From: Bacilli bacterium
GTDB lineage: Bacteria > Bacillota_I > Bacilli_A > RFN20 > CAG-826
NCBI GenBank assembly: GCA_045226015.1
Contig: JBGVBY010000013.1
Location: 147,922-211,921 of the forward strand
Direction of reading: 5' to 3'
Length of the DNA stretch: 64,000 nt
Shown here: positions 1 through 8,987 of the stretch, one piece after another
Layout: every line of letters starts with the position of its first letter
How positions within the stretch are numbered: the first letter of the stretch is position 1
Made by a program: the position numbers and the translations under genes
The notes under the pieces: model-generated
What the model saw: the letters and a program-made list of their open reading frames with translations, nothing else
The model's database searches: none
What the model was told of the DNA's origin: nothing

Positions 1-242
1 ACACAGTAAAAGTTAGAAACATGACTAGTCGATATGGAAGTAATTCAAAAAGAACCAAGAATATCAATTTTGCTTTCTTACTCATTCATTATTCAATCGA
101 AATCATTGATTCAGTTGTGGTGCATGAACTCGCTCATATCGAAGTATTTAATCACTCGAAAAAGTTCTATGATGTAGTGTACAAATACTACCACAAATAT
201 GATGAATGTCATAAGAAGTTAAGGAAAGGAGAATTCAAATGA
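1..242 (+). CDS. YgjP/DUF45-family metal-dependent hydrolase, C-terminal fragment (5' end lies outside the window)
   Basis: HELAH zinc-binding motif followed by NHS...F, typical of the YgjP/M48-like family. The frame is open to position 3, so the listed start at 21 is internal. Confidence 0.55.
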   Translation, partial: TVKVRNMTSRYGSNSKRTKNINFAFLLIHYSIEIIDSVVVHELAHIEVFNHSKKFYDVVYKYYHKYDECHKKLRKGEFK

Positions 243-955
243 TTAAAGCAATCACATCTAAAGACAACCCAAGAGTCAAATTTGCGTGTTCATTAAAAGA
301 AAATAAATACCGTAATGAACACAAGATGTTTTTAGGCGAGACTAAAAAGTCTCTTGAGATGGCGTTAGCCACTAAATCGGTAGTGGAAGTATTTGCTACT
401 GATTACGTTGAACTTCCTGAAAATATACCCTTAAATCTAGTGAGTGAAGAAGTCTTAAAAAAGATTTCTAGTAATGTCCATCCAGAAGGAGTGGTGTTCA
501 TCGCTAAAATGGATGAAAGTGAGGTTAAAGACGTTCATAAGATTTTATATCTTGATGAAATAAATGATCCTGGTAATATGGGGACTTTAATTCGTACCGC
601 TTTAGCGTTTAGTTATGATCTTGTTTTAGTCAGTGAAAACTCCGTCTCCATTTATAACGAAAAAGTAGTGAATTCCTCTAAAGGCGCAATCTTTGCTATT
701 CCAGTAAGAAAAGGCAAATTATCTTCATACAAAGGAACACATAAAATTATCATCAGTGAGCTCAACTCAAAATCAGTGGAGTTCGATAAAATCGAAGTAC
801 CAGAAAATTTTGTCCTAGTGCTCGGTAGTGAATCTCATGGAGTTAGTAAAGACACAATTAAGCTTGCAGATATAAGCGTTACTATTCCTATTAGCAACAT
901 TGATTCACTCAATGTTTCTGTAGCGGGTGGAATACTAATGAATAAAATTCATTAA
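239..955 (+). CDS. TrmH/SpoU-family RNA 2'-O-methyltransferase (YsgA/RlmB-like)
   Basis: SpoU motif DPGNMGTLIRTALAF. It sits directly upstream of pheS, as ysgA does in Bacillus. Confidence 0.8.
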   Translation: MIKAITSKDNPRVKFACSLKENKYRNEHKMFLGETKKSLEMALATKSVVEVFATDYVELPENIPLNLVSEEVLKKISSNVHPEGVVFIAKMDESEVKDVHKILYLDEINDPGNMGTLIRTALAFSYDLVLVSENSVSIYNEKVVNSSKGAIFAIPVRKGKLSSYKGTHKIIISELNSKSVEFDKIEVPENFVLVLGSESHGVSKDTIKLADISVTIPISNIDSLNVSVAGGILMNKIH

Positions 956-996
956 TACCGATTAAATCATCATATATTCAGTATATTTATAAAAGA

Positions 997-1029
997 GGGA
1001 GTGAAATATATTTCAAATCCCTTTTTTTG
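997..1029 (+). terminator. Intrinsic terminator after the trmH-like gene
   Basis: GGGAGTGAAAT..ATTTCAAATCCC hairpin followed by TTTTTTT. Confidence 0.6.
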
Positions 1030-1065
1030 TGATATACTTTTTAACTGATATTAAAGGTGAAACAT

Positions 1066-2103
1066 ATGGAAAAAAATAACATCAATGACATCTACAAGGA
1101 AGCGATGGAGGAAATCTCAAGTTCTAGTGATAGTAACCGTATCCAAGAATTAAGAATTAAATTCCTCGCTAAGAAAAGTGTTTTGTCCTCACTTATGTCA
1201 ACTTTAGGACAACTCCCTCCAGAAGAGAGAAAAGAATTTGGAAAACATTTAAACGAGGCTAGAAGTCAAATCGAAGCTGCGATTAACGCGAAAGAAGCAG
1301 AAATTCGTAAGCAAGAATTAGACAAAAAACTTCAAAAAGAAACAATTGATATTTCTTTACCTAGCAAGAGAGTGGAATTAGGTGGACAAAACCCATTCTA
1401 TGTTGTGAAAGATGAAATTACTGACATCTTCCTTAACATGGGCTTTGAAGTTGCCGATGGACCAGAAGTTGAATCTGATTTATTTAACTTTGAACTCCTC
1501 AACATTCCTAAAGACCATCCTGCTAGAGATATGCAAGACACCTTTTATATTAGTGACTCTGTTCTCTTAAGAACACATACTTCACCTGTTCAAGCTCATA
1601 CAATGAAAGCAAGTGAAGGAAAACCAATTAGAATTATTTGCCCTGGAAAAACATATCGTAGAGACGATGATGATGCGACACATAGTCATCAATTCGCTCA
1701 AATCGAAGGACTTGTAATTGATAAAGATATTAATCTTGGACATTTAAAAGCCACTCTTGAACTCTTCGTGAAGAAGATGTTTGGAGAAAAAAGAGAAATC
1801 AGATTACGTCCTTCTTATTTCCCATTTACAGAACCAAGCGTAGAAGTGGATATCACATGCGCTAACTGTGGAGGAAAAGGTTGCTCGATGTGTAAGGGCA
1901 CTGGATATATTGAAATCCTTGGAGGCGGAATGGTTCACCCTCACGTTTTAGAGATGAATGGTTATGATCCTAACGTCTATAGTGGATTTGCTTTTGGTAT
2001 CGGTATAGAAAGAGTAGCAATCTTACGTTATGGCATTGATGACATCCGTAAATTCTACCAAAACGATGTAAGATTCTTACATCAATACCGTAAAAAAGCA
2101 TAG
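1066..2103 (+). CDS. pheS: Phenylalanine--tRNA ligase alpha subunit
   Basis: Class II aaRS motifs (FPFTEPSVEVDI, GxGxERV). An AAAGGTGA Shine-Dalgarno sequence precedes the ATG at 1066; the track's GTG at 1057 lies inside that SD. Confidence 0.96.
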   Translation: MEKNNINDIYKEAMEEISSSSDSNRIQELRIKFLAKKSVLSSLMSTLGQLPPEERKEFGKHLNEARSQIEAAINAKEAEIRKQELDKKLQKETIDISLPSKRVELGGQNPFYVVKDEITDIFLNMGFEVADGPEVESDLFNFELLNIPKDHPARDMQDTFYISDSVLLRTHTSPVQAHTMKASEGKPIRIICPGKTYRRDDDDATHSHQFAQIEGLVIDKDINLGHLKATLELFVKKMFGEKREIRLRPSYFPFTEPSVEVDITCANCGGKGCSMCKGTGYIEILGGGMVHPHVLEMNGYDPNVYSGFAFGIGIERVAILRYGIDDIRKFYQNDVRFLHQYRKKA

Positions 2104-2114
2104 GAGGTATCGTC

Positions 2115-4505
2115 ATGTTAGTTAGTATTAATGAATTAAAGAAATACGTAGATTTAAGTGGACTAGATGCGAATAAAATCGCTGATGGTTTAACTTTTGC
2201 CGGCATCGAAGTTGAAGAAGTTAGTAAACTCGCTAGCGGAACAAACTTAGTTATCGGACATGTTTTAGAATGTGAAGAACATCCTGATAGTGATCACCTC
2301 CATGTTTTAAAAGTTGATTTAGGTGACGAAGTTAAACAAATCGTTTGTGGTGCCCCTAACGCAAGAAAAGGACTAAAAGTCATTGTTGCTCGTATCGGTG
2401 CTAAACTTCCTGGAGGAGAAATTAAACCTTCTACCATTAGAGGAGTTGCTTCCGAAGGAATGTGCTGTTCCTTGCTTGAACTTGGAGTTGACTCAAAGTA
2501 CTTAAAAGAAGAACAAACTAAAGGTATTGAAGAATTACCTAGTGACGCTCCAGTTGGAGAAAGTGAAGTCCTTAAATATTTAGGTTTAGATGATGAAATC
2601 CTTAACCTTAAGATTTTAGCGAATCGTCCAGACTTACTTTCTATTTATAACGTCGCTAAAGAAGTTGGCGCTATCTTTGATAGAAAAGTTAATATTCCTT
2701 CTTTTGAAGTTAAAAACAGTTTTGAAACTGACTTAGTCGTCGGTTCAAAAACTTCTAGATGCTCTCAATTCTCAGGTAGAGAAATCAAAAATATCCATAT
2801 CAAAGAATCTCCAAAATTCATTGTTGAGGCTCTTAGATCAATGGGTATTAGAAGCATCAATAATATCGTTGATATCGGTAACTATGTAATGCTCCTTACT
2901 GGACAACCATTACATATGTACGATAAAGATAAACTCGATAAAGCCGAATTAATCGCTAAAGATGACTTAATGGTGGACTTTGTTGCTCTTGATGAAAAGA
3001 GCTATTCCATCATTCCTAATGACATCGTTATTACTTGTAATAACAAAGCGATGTGTTTAGGTGGAGTCATGGGCTCTTTAGGATGTGCGGTTGATAACAA
3101 CACTAAAAACATTTATATTGAAGCCGCCTCTTTTGATGGAGCCTCTATTAGACATACATCTTCTCGACTTGGTTTAAGTAGCGAATCTTCTTCTAGATTT
3201 GTCAAAGGTACAAACCATTTCCAAGCCGAATCCGTTATTGAACTCGCTTCATACTTAATCAAAGAATATTGTGAAGGCCAAGAGTTCTCTAATATCGTTA
3301 CCTATCAAAGTGAAAAAGAACCAAATCAAGTTCTTCTTTGCTCCGTTAAACGTATCAATAATCGCTTAAGAACAGAATTTACTGAATCACAAATGAAAGA
3401 CGTCCTTAATCGACTTAACCTTAAGGTTAGTGAAGTTAATGATGACGAATTCAAAGTTAAAGTTCCTAATTACAGATTAGATATAAGTAGGGAAGCCGAT
3501 ATTTCTGAAGAAGTTATTAGACTTCTCGGATTTGATAATGTGAAAAGTTCTTTACCTACTTTAGATGTTAGAGTCGGTGGCTTAACACTTAGACAATCTC
3601 GTTTAAGAAAGATTAGAGAATCCTTATTAAATAAAGGATTGGATGAATGTGTAACATATTCCCTTCTTAGCAAGACTAATAGTGAGAAGTTCAATCTTCT
3701 TCACGACGAAGAACATTATGTATTACTCAACCCATTAACTGATGAACACGAAGTGTTTAGAACCCATATCCTTTATTCACTTTTAGATGTCGCTAGTTAC
3801 AATCTCAACCGTCAAAATAAGGATTTAGCATTATTTGAAACTGCGAATATGATTTCTAAATCCACACATCAAGAGCATTTAGCGGTTGTCCTTGTTGGTA
3901 ACTCATTAACTCAAGATGTGATGAAAAAGGAACCATATGATTTCTTCCATATGAAAGGAATCGTGGAAAACATCTTTGCGTTACTCGGAATTGAAAATTC
4001 TAGATATAGATTTGATAGATTTAGTTCTTTTCTAGAAGAACTTCACCCAGGAAAGAGTGCTTCTATCATCTTCCAAAACCAAGTTATTGGAGTGATGGGT
4101 GAACTTCATCCTGTTGCTAAAAACGAATTAGGATTTAGTAAAACTAATGTTGTCGTTTTAGAAATAAATTTAGAAGCTTTGCTTGAAGCAAAAGTCTCCT
4201 TAGCAAAGATGAGCCCAATTTCTAAATTCCCAACCGTTAATCGTGACTTAGCGTTAATCGTTAAGAGTGATATCGCAGTTGGAGACATCATTAAACTCGT
4301 GAAGAAAAATGGTGGTGGCCTAGTTAAAGATGTCAAAGTATTTGACGTCTACGAAGGGGCTAACCTATTAAAAGACTCTAAGAGTGTCGCTATTTCTATT
4401 TGCTTAGGAAAAGAAGGCACCTTAACTGATAAAGAGATTAATGACACTCTTGATAAAATCAAGTTTGAATTAAGCAAAAACTATAACGCTCAACTCAGAA
4501 TGTAA
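2115..4505 (+). CDS. pheT: Phenylalanine--tRNA ligase beta subunit
   Basis: 796 aa with tRNA-binding, B3/4, B5 and FDX-ACB domain order, immediately after pheS. Confidence 0.96.
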   Translation: MLVSINELKKYVDLSGLDANKIADGLTFAGIEVEEVSKLASGTNLVIGHVLECEEHPDSDHLHVLKVDLGDEVKQIVCGAPNARKGLKVIVARIGAKLPGGEIKPSTIRGVASEGMCCSLLELGVDSKYLKEEQTKGIEELPSDAPVGESEVLKYLGLDDEILNLKILANRPDLLSIYNVAKEVGAIFDRKVNIPSFEVKNSFETDLVVGSKTSRCSQFSGREIKNIHIKESPKFIVEALRSMGIRSINNIVDIGNYVMLLTGQPLHMYDKDKLDKAELIAKDDLMVDFVALDEKSYSIIPNDIVITCNNKAMCLGGVMGSLGCAVDNNTKNIYIEAASFDGASIRHTSSRLGLSSESSSRFVKGTNHFQAESVIELASYLIKEYCEGQEFSNIVTYQSEKEPNQVLLCSVKRINNRLRTEFTESQMKDVLNRLNLKVSEVNDDEFKVKVPNYRLDISREADISEEVIRLLGFDNVKSSLPTLDVRVGGLTLRQSRLRKIRESLLNKGLDECVTYSLLSKTNSEKFNLLHDEEHYVLLNPLTDEHEVFRTHILYSLLDVASYNLNRQNKDLALFETANMISKSTHQEHLAVVLVGNSLTQDVMKKEPYDFFHMKGIVENIFALLGIENSRYRFDRFSSFLEELHPGKSASIIFQNQVIGVMGELHPVAKNELGFSKTNVVVLEINLEALLEAKVSLAKMSPISKFPTVNRDLALIVKSDIAVGDIIKLVKKNGGGLVKDVKVFDVYEGANLLKDSKSVAISICLGKEGTLTDKEINDTLDKIKFELSKNYNAQLRM

Positions 4506-4506
4506 G

Positions 4507-4986
4507 ATGAAAATTAATCGTCATTTATTTAATAATAAAGATTACGTTATTGAAGATGATTTGGATTTTTCTAATGTTAAATTAGATCCAACTCATATTC
4601 GTAAGATCAGTAACGCTCACGCTAAGATTAGCGGTTTTGATTATGACGATTATCTTCTTCTTAACATCAGTTTAGATGCTGATACAATAGGAGTGTGCTC
4701 ATACACTCTAGAAGATGTACCATTTAAGGTACATATTAACACAACTCTTACCTTCACTTATGAAGATGAAGAAGACACAATCAAGATTGATAATCCAATT
4801 TTTGATATTGATCCGTATCTTCTTGATCTCATCATCTCTGAAGTTCCATTAACATTAGTTAAAAAAGGAGCTAAACTCCCAACAAGCGGTAATGGATATC
4901 GAGTGATAAGTGAAGATGAATATAACAAAGAAAACGAGAACAAAGTAGATAGTCGATGGTCTAAATTAGATGACATCGAATTATAA
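4507..4986 (+). CDS. YceD/YlbN (DUF177)-family acidic protein
   Basis: Block-by-block similarity to B. subtilis YlbN: the VDF..LP.V.P.IR..S block, an acidic DEDDE stretch, and a C-terminal ...ITEDDY...VDPRLADL-like ...ISEDEY...VDSRWSKL. Confidence 0.7.
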   Translation: MKINRHLFNNKDYVIEDDLDFSNVKLDPTHIRKISNAHAKISGFDYDDYLLLNISLDADTIGVCSYTLEDVPFKVHINTTLTFTYEDEEDTIKIDNPIFDIDPYLLDLIISEVPLTLVKKGAKLPTSGNGYRVISEDEYNKENENKVDSRWSKLDDIEL

Positions 4987-4998
4987 GGAGGAGAGACT

Positions 4999-5919
4999 AT
5001 GAGTTCTTTTAAAGATTTACGTATCGTTGATAATTTTTATCAAACAAGTGCATTTTTCCCAATGCCAACACTTCTAATTTCTACATTAGATGAAGAAGGT
5101 AATACCACCTTAGGAGCGTACTCATTATGCTTCCCATATTACATTGCTGGAAAAGATTATTATGCGATGATATTGGAATGCCGCAATAGTTCTAATACCG
5201 CTCAAAACATTTTAAGAACTGGAAAATGTGCTCTTAACTTTATTGAAGACAGTCGTAAAGATTTTGCAACTGCCGTTAAACTTGGTTTCCCAGGAGAAAC
5301 TCCAAAAGAAAAGATGACAAAGTCTACCTTTAAACTTGAAAAAGGTTTAGCAGAAGGAGTTCGACCAGAAGTTATCTCTACTGCTTATCAAGTATTTGAA
5401 TGTACTTGGGATGATACTTTAGAAGATGCTTATTTAGATAAATCTAAAATTGGTCAACTTGAAGGTATAGAAGGACCATATCGTAACTTTAATGGAGTTA
5501 CCTCTAAGTTTGGATGTCACTTCATTTTAAAAATCGATAAGATTCTCATGAAAGAGAAATTCTATAACGCGATCATTAATGGAGTGAAGGCGAGTAAGTT
5601 CCCAAAAGTTCCTGTTGATTACGGATATCGTGATAGTACATATTTCTGGTACACAAGGTTCAAATCAAGACCAATTAAAGAACCAATTCCTGCTGGAAAA
5701 GAAGCGAATATCGATAGTGTGATGTACGCTGCTAATAGAATAGATGATAAGGTCAAATTCACTAAAGAAGCTTGCCAAATGATCGTCAAGATTCCTCGTG
5801 TTTTCCTTAAAGCCGCTCTTACCCAAATGGTGGATTACGCCAAAAAACAAGGTTGGACTCTGATCGATGTTAAAGAGATGCAAGAAATCAGAGATAAACG
5901 TAGTAAAGAGAAGAAATAA
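4999..5919 (+). CDS. Flavin reductase-like (FMN-binding split-barrel) domain protein with a ~100-aa C-terminal extension
   Basis: The N-terminal FPMPTLLISTLDEEG...CALNFIED pattern resembles the flavin reductase domain and is paralogous to the protein at 24613..25176. Confidence 0.5.
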   Translation: MSSFKDLRIVDNFYQTSAFFPMPTLLISTLDEEGNTTLGAYSLCFPYYIAGKDYYAMILECRNSSNTAQNILRTGKCALNFIEDSRKDFATAVKLGFPGETPKEKMTKSTFKLEKGLAEGVRPEVISTAYQVFECTWDDTLEDAYLDKSKIGQLEGIEGPYRNFNGVTSKFGCHFILKIDKILMKEKFYNAIINGVKASKFPKVPVDYGYRDSTYFWYTRFKSRPIKEPIPAGKEANIDSVMYAANRIDDKVKFTKEACQMIVKIPRVFLKAALTQMVDYAKKQGWTLIDVKEMQEIRDKRSKEKK

Positions 5920-6032
5920 TTTTCTATGAAAATTAAATTGAAATAAGATTGCTGGAAACGGCAATTTTATTTTTGTAAAAATTCTTAAATTTATATATTG
6001 CATATAATAAAAAAACTCGGTAAAATGTAGTC

Positions 6033-6059
6033 AAGTGGTAAAAAGTGGGAGAAAGTGGT
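6033..6059 (+). promoter_or_regulatory. Candidate MraZ operator: three direct AAAGTGG repeats at 10-bp spacing immediately upstream of mraZ
   Basis: AAGTGGT (6033-6039), AAAGTGGG (6043-6049), AAAGTGGT (6053-6059). This matches the MraZ binding repeats described upstream of mraZ in Mollicutes and Bacillus. Confidence 0.6.
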
Positions 6060-6060
6060 A

Positions 6061-6498
6061 ATGCTCTTTGGTAGTTACAAACACACTCTTGATGATAAAG
6101 GCCGTTTACTCATTCCTAAAAAGATTAAGGAAGAACTCAAAAACAGTCCTTCTTTATACATCATGAAAGGATTTGAGGGATGTTTAGCTATTTACAATCA
6201 AGGCGAATTTGAAAAACTTGTCACAGAATGCGAATCTCTTTCTTTCAATAAAACAAACAATCGTTCCTACTTAAGAGTGATGCTCGCTAGTGTTAGCGAA
6301 CTTCCAATTGATAAAGTAGGAAGAATTCAATTACCATCTCAAGTTTTAGCAAAATTCCAGATCGGCAAAGAAGTGGTGATACTTGGAGTAATCGATCACT
6401 TTGAAATCTGGGACGCAGTTAAATTTGATAAATATCAACAAGAGGCTAATGACAATTTCGAAAATATCGCTGAATCATTAGATAGAAGCGATGACTAA
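6061..6498 (+). CDS. mraZ: Transcriptional regulator MraZ
   Basis: Duplicated DxxGR motifs (DDKGRLLIPKK, DKVGRIQLP). The ATG at 6061 is preferred over the GTG at 6055 listed in the track. Confidence 0.9.
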   Translation: MLFGSYKHTLDDKGRLLIPKKIKEELKNSPSLYIMKGFEGCLAIYNQGEFEKLVTECESLSFNKTNNRSYLRVMLASVSELPIDKVGRIQLPSQVLAKFQIGKEVVILGVIDHFEIWDAVKFDKYQQEANDNFENIAESLDRSDD

Positions 6499-7420
6499 CG
6501 AACATATCCCAGTCCTTCTAAAAGAAGTAATAGAAGGCCTCAACATCAGAAAAGATGGAAAGTACTTAGACTTAACTCTTGGTAGAGCAGGTCATAGTAG
6601 TGAAATCTTAAAAAGATTAGATAAAAACGGATTACTGATCGGAGTCGATCAAGATGATGAAGCAATCGCTAAAAGTGAAGAAAGACTAGGTCATATTAGT
6701 TCAAACTTCGTATTAGTCAGAGACAACTTCGTTAATATTGATGAAATCCTTAAGAATCTAAAGATTGATAAAGTCGATGGAATCCTAATGGATCTAGGAG
6801 TAAGTTCTCCTCAATTCGATGATGAAAGCCGCGGATTCTCGTATCGATTCGATAGCGAACTCGACATGAGAATGGATAAAAGAAATAACGTCACAGCTAA
6901 ACGAATCGTAAACGAATATTCAATTCAAGAATTAACCCGCATATTTAATGAATATGGGGAAGAAAAATATTCATTCCAAATCGCTAGAAATATCGTCAAG
7001 AGTAGAGAAAATAAGCCAATAGAAACAACGTTCGAACTAGTTGACATCATTAAAAGAAGTAAACCTAGTAAAGAATTAAGTAAAGTTGGTCATCCTGCTA
7101 AACAAGTCTTCCAAGCCTTAAGAATTGAAGTCAATGATGAAATCAATGTCTTAAAGAACACGCTTGGTAAAGCTCTAAGCCATCTAAACAAGAATGGTAG
7201 ACTCGCAGTCATCACATTCCACTCTGGAGAAGATAAAATAGTTAAAAAACTATTTAAAGACTTAACTGTTATTGAAGGTAATCGATATGATCTTCCAGAT
7301 AATAACGAAAAAGTTGAATATCGCTTGATCACTAAAAAAGGAGTTAAACCAAGCGAACAAGAAATCGAAATTAATCACCGTTCAGTGAGCAGTGTATTAA
7401 GAATAATTGAAAAAATCTAA
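6491..7420 (+). CDS. rsmH: 16S rRNA (cytosine1402-N4)-methyltransferase RsmH (MraW)
   Basis: HIPVLLKEV start, SAM-binding motif, and its position after mraZ. Confidence 0.95.
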   Translation: MTNEHIPVLLKEVIEGLNIRKDGKYLDLTLGRAGHSSEILKRLDKNGLLIGVDQDDEAIAKSEERLGHISSNFVLVRDNFVNIDEILKNLKIDKVDGILMDLGVSSPQFDDESRGFSYRFDSELDMRMDKRNNVTAKRIVNEYSIQELTRIFNEYGEEKYSFQIARNIVKSRENKPIETTFELVDIIKRSKPSKELSKVGHPAKQVFQALRIEVNDEINVLKNTLGKALSHLNKNGRLAVITFHSGEDKIVKKLFKDLTVIEGNRYDLPDNNEKVEYRLITKKGVKPSEQEIEINHRSVSSVLRIIEKI

Positions 7421-7434
7421 GAAAGGAGAAAATT

Positions 7435-7671
7435 ATGGTTTATAAGAACAAGCTCTACAAACATCATAAGAGTAAAGCGGTTTTAGTAATCCGTAATTTT
7501 TCATTCTTCTTTTCTGCGATGATAGCCCTTGCCGCTATCGCTGCAATTCCAACCTACATTAACGCTGCAAGTGTCAAAGAAACAAAAGCCGCAGAAGTGG
7601 TAGAAAAAGTTTCTGAAGAGAAAGAAAATGACACTAAAGAAGAAAAGTTGGAAACCTATAAAAGCTTATAA
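7435..7671 (+). CDS. Small bitopic membrane protein, possibly a minimal FtsL-like division protein
   Basis: Basic N-terminus, a single TM segment (FFFSAMIALAAIAAIP), then a short charged ectodomain. It occupies the ftsL position between rsmH and ftsA. Confidence 0.3.
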   Translation: MVYKNKLYKHHKSKAVLVIRNFSFFFSAMIALAAIAAIPTYINAASVKETKAAEVVEKVSEEKENDTKEEKLETYKSL

Positions 7672-7695
7672 AACTTGATCCCCCTCGAGTTTTGG

Positions 7696-7720
7696 GTCTG
7701 TGGCGACACAGACTTTTTTA
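7696..7720 (+). terminator. Intrinsic terminator
   Basis: GTCTGTG-GCGA-CACAGAC hairpin followed by TTTTTT. Confidence 0.65.
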
Positions 7721-7779
7721 TTGGTTTTAATTAACAAATTATTGTTAATAATACCGATATAATGTAGAATATTTCTCGT

Positions 7780-8976
7780 ATGAAAAAGAATACTATTGCT
7801 ATTGAGATATCCCACAAATTCATCAAAATCGCTTTTGGTTTTGTTCAAGACGAACGTGTATACCTCAATTATGTTAAAAAAGTTAATATCAATCACCTAT
7901 TAGAAAATGGTGCGATTAAAGAGAAAAACGAACTTATTAAAGAACTTAGTAGAGTGAATCCAGTCGTGGATCAAGAATACTTAGTTAATTATTTAATTAA
8001 TAATGTCAGTTTTGTTCTTCCTCCATATGGACTTGAAGTATATCAGACTTCTCAACTTACTTCAGTAACCAGCCCAGAAAAAGAAATTGGCGAGATTGAT
8101 ATTGTTAACTTATATTCAATGATCCGTAACAAAAAGTTACCTGTTGATAACGTCTTAATTGATATCATCCCTGAATCATTTGCGATTGATAACGGTAACA
8201 TGTACGCTCAAGCGCCTTTAGGCAAATTTTCTAGCGCAATTACTGCACACGCAAAAGTTTACACTGTTCCTAGAAGAATTGATGAAGAATATAGTGGCAT
8301 CTTAAAGGCTGCTAATATTCAAATTAAAAGAAAAGTTGCTTCAACATTTGCTAGTAGTGAACTATTAGCATCTTATAAAGATGTTCCTCAAACATATTTC
8401 TTGGTGGATATCGGTAGTGATTCTACATCTGTTTCCTTAGTAGGAAATAAGACTTTATTTGCTACACGTACCTTCTCTTGGGGTGGAGATAAGATTACTG
8501 ATCGCATCATCAGTGCTTTTAACATCTCGGAAAAAGATGCTGAAAAAATCAAAATCATGTTTGGTTTAGATAAACGTGAACTCAAATTCAACTATGTTGT
8601 TTCTTCAAATGAAAGCGAATTTGGTGATAACAAACATATCATTGATGAACTTAATTCCATCATTGAAAATGAACTCAATGAATTCTACAAGAGTTTCATC
8701 GTTGCCATTGATGAATTATGCAAAGCATATAACGTCAGTGATTATACAAAACTCCCTCTCCTTTTAATTGGAGGAGGATCTAAACTTAAAGGATTAGTTC
8801 CTTTCTTAGCAGATAAATCATCATTTAACGATATAAGATTAATGACTCCAAATTCTATTGGAGGAAGAGACCCAAGCTTATTTGGAGTTCTTGGAGCAAT
8901 ATATATTGAACATAAATACCCAAGTATGGTTAAAGTGAATAAAACTCAAACTAGTAACGTTAGTAGGGAAGAATAG
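7780..8976 (+). CDS. ftsA: Cell division protein FtsA (actin-like ATPase)
   Basis: 398 aa, immediately upstream of ftsZ, with an FtsA/actin-fold signature (DIGSDSTSV) and C-terminal GGGS.L.G. A TATAAT box lies at 7758-7763. Confidence 0.85.
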   Translation: MKKNTIAIEISHKFIKIAFGFVQDERVYLNYVKKVNINHLLENGAIKEKNELIKELSRVNPVVDQEYLVNYLINNVSFVLPPYGLEVYQTSQLTSVTSPEKEIGEIDIVNLYSMIRNKKLPVDNVLIDIIPESFAIDNGNMYAQAPLGKFSSAITAHAKVYTVPRRIDEEYSGILKAANIQIKRKVASTFASSELLASYKDVPQTYFLVDIGSDSTSVSLVGNKTLFATRTFSWGGDKITDRIISAFNISEKDAEKIKIMFGLDKRELKFNYVVSSNESEFGDNKHIIDELNSIIENELNEFYKSFIVAIDELCKAYNVSDYTKLPLLLIGGGSKLKGLVPFLADKSSFNDIRLMTPNSIGGRDPSLFGVLGAIYIEHKYPSMVKVNKTQTSNVSREE

Positions 8977-8987
8977 GAGAATAAGAT

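Noticed and set aside
956-1065. Possible T-box leader upstream of pheS (and likewise upstream of ileS at 13075-13102 and glyA at 38862-38936)
   Set aside because: The intergenic spaces are only ~100, 28 and 75 nt, too short for a T-box. No T-box consensus (AATTAGGGTGGNACCGCG) is present.
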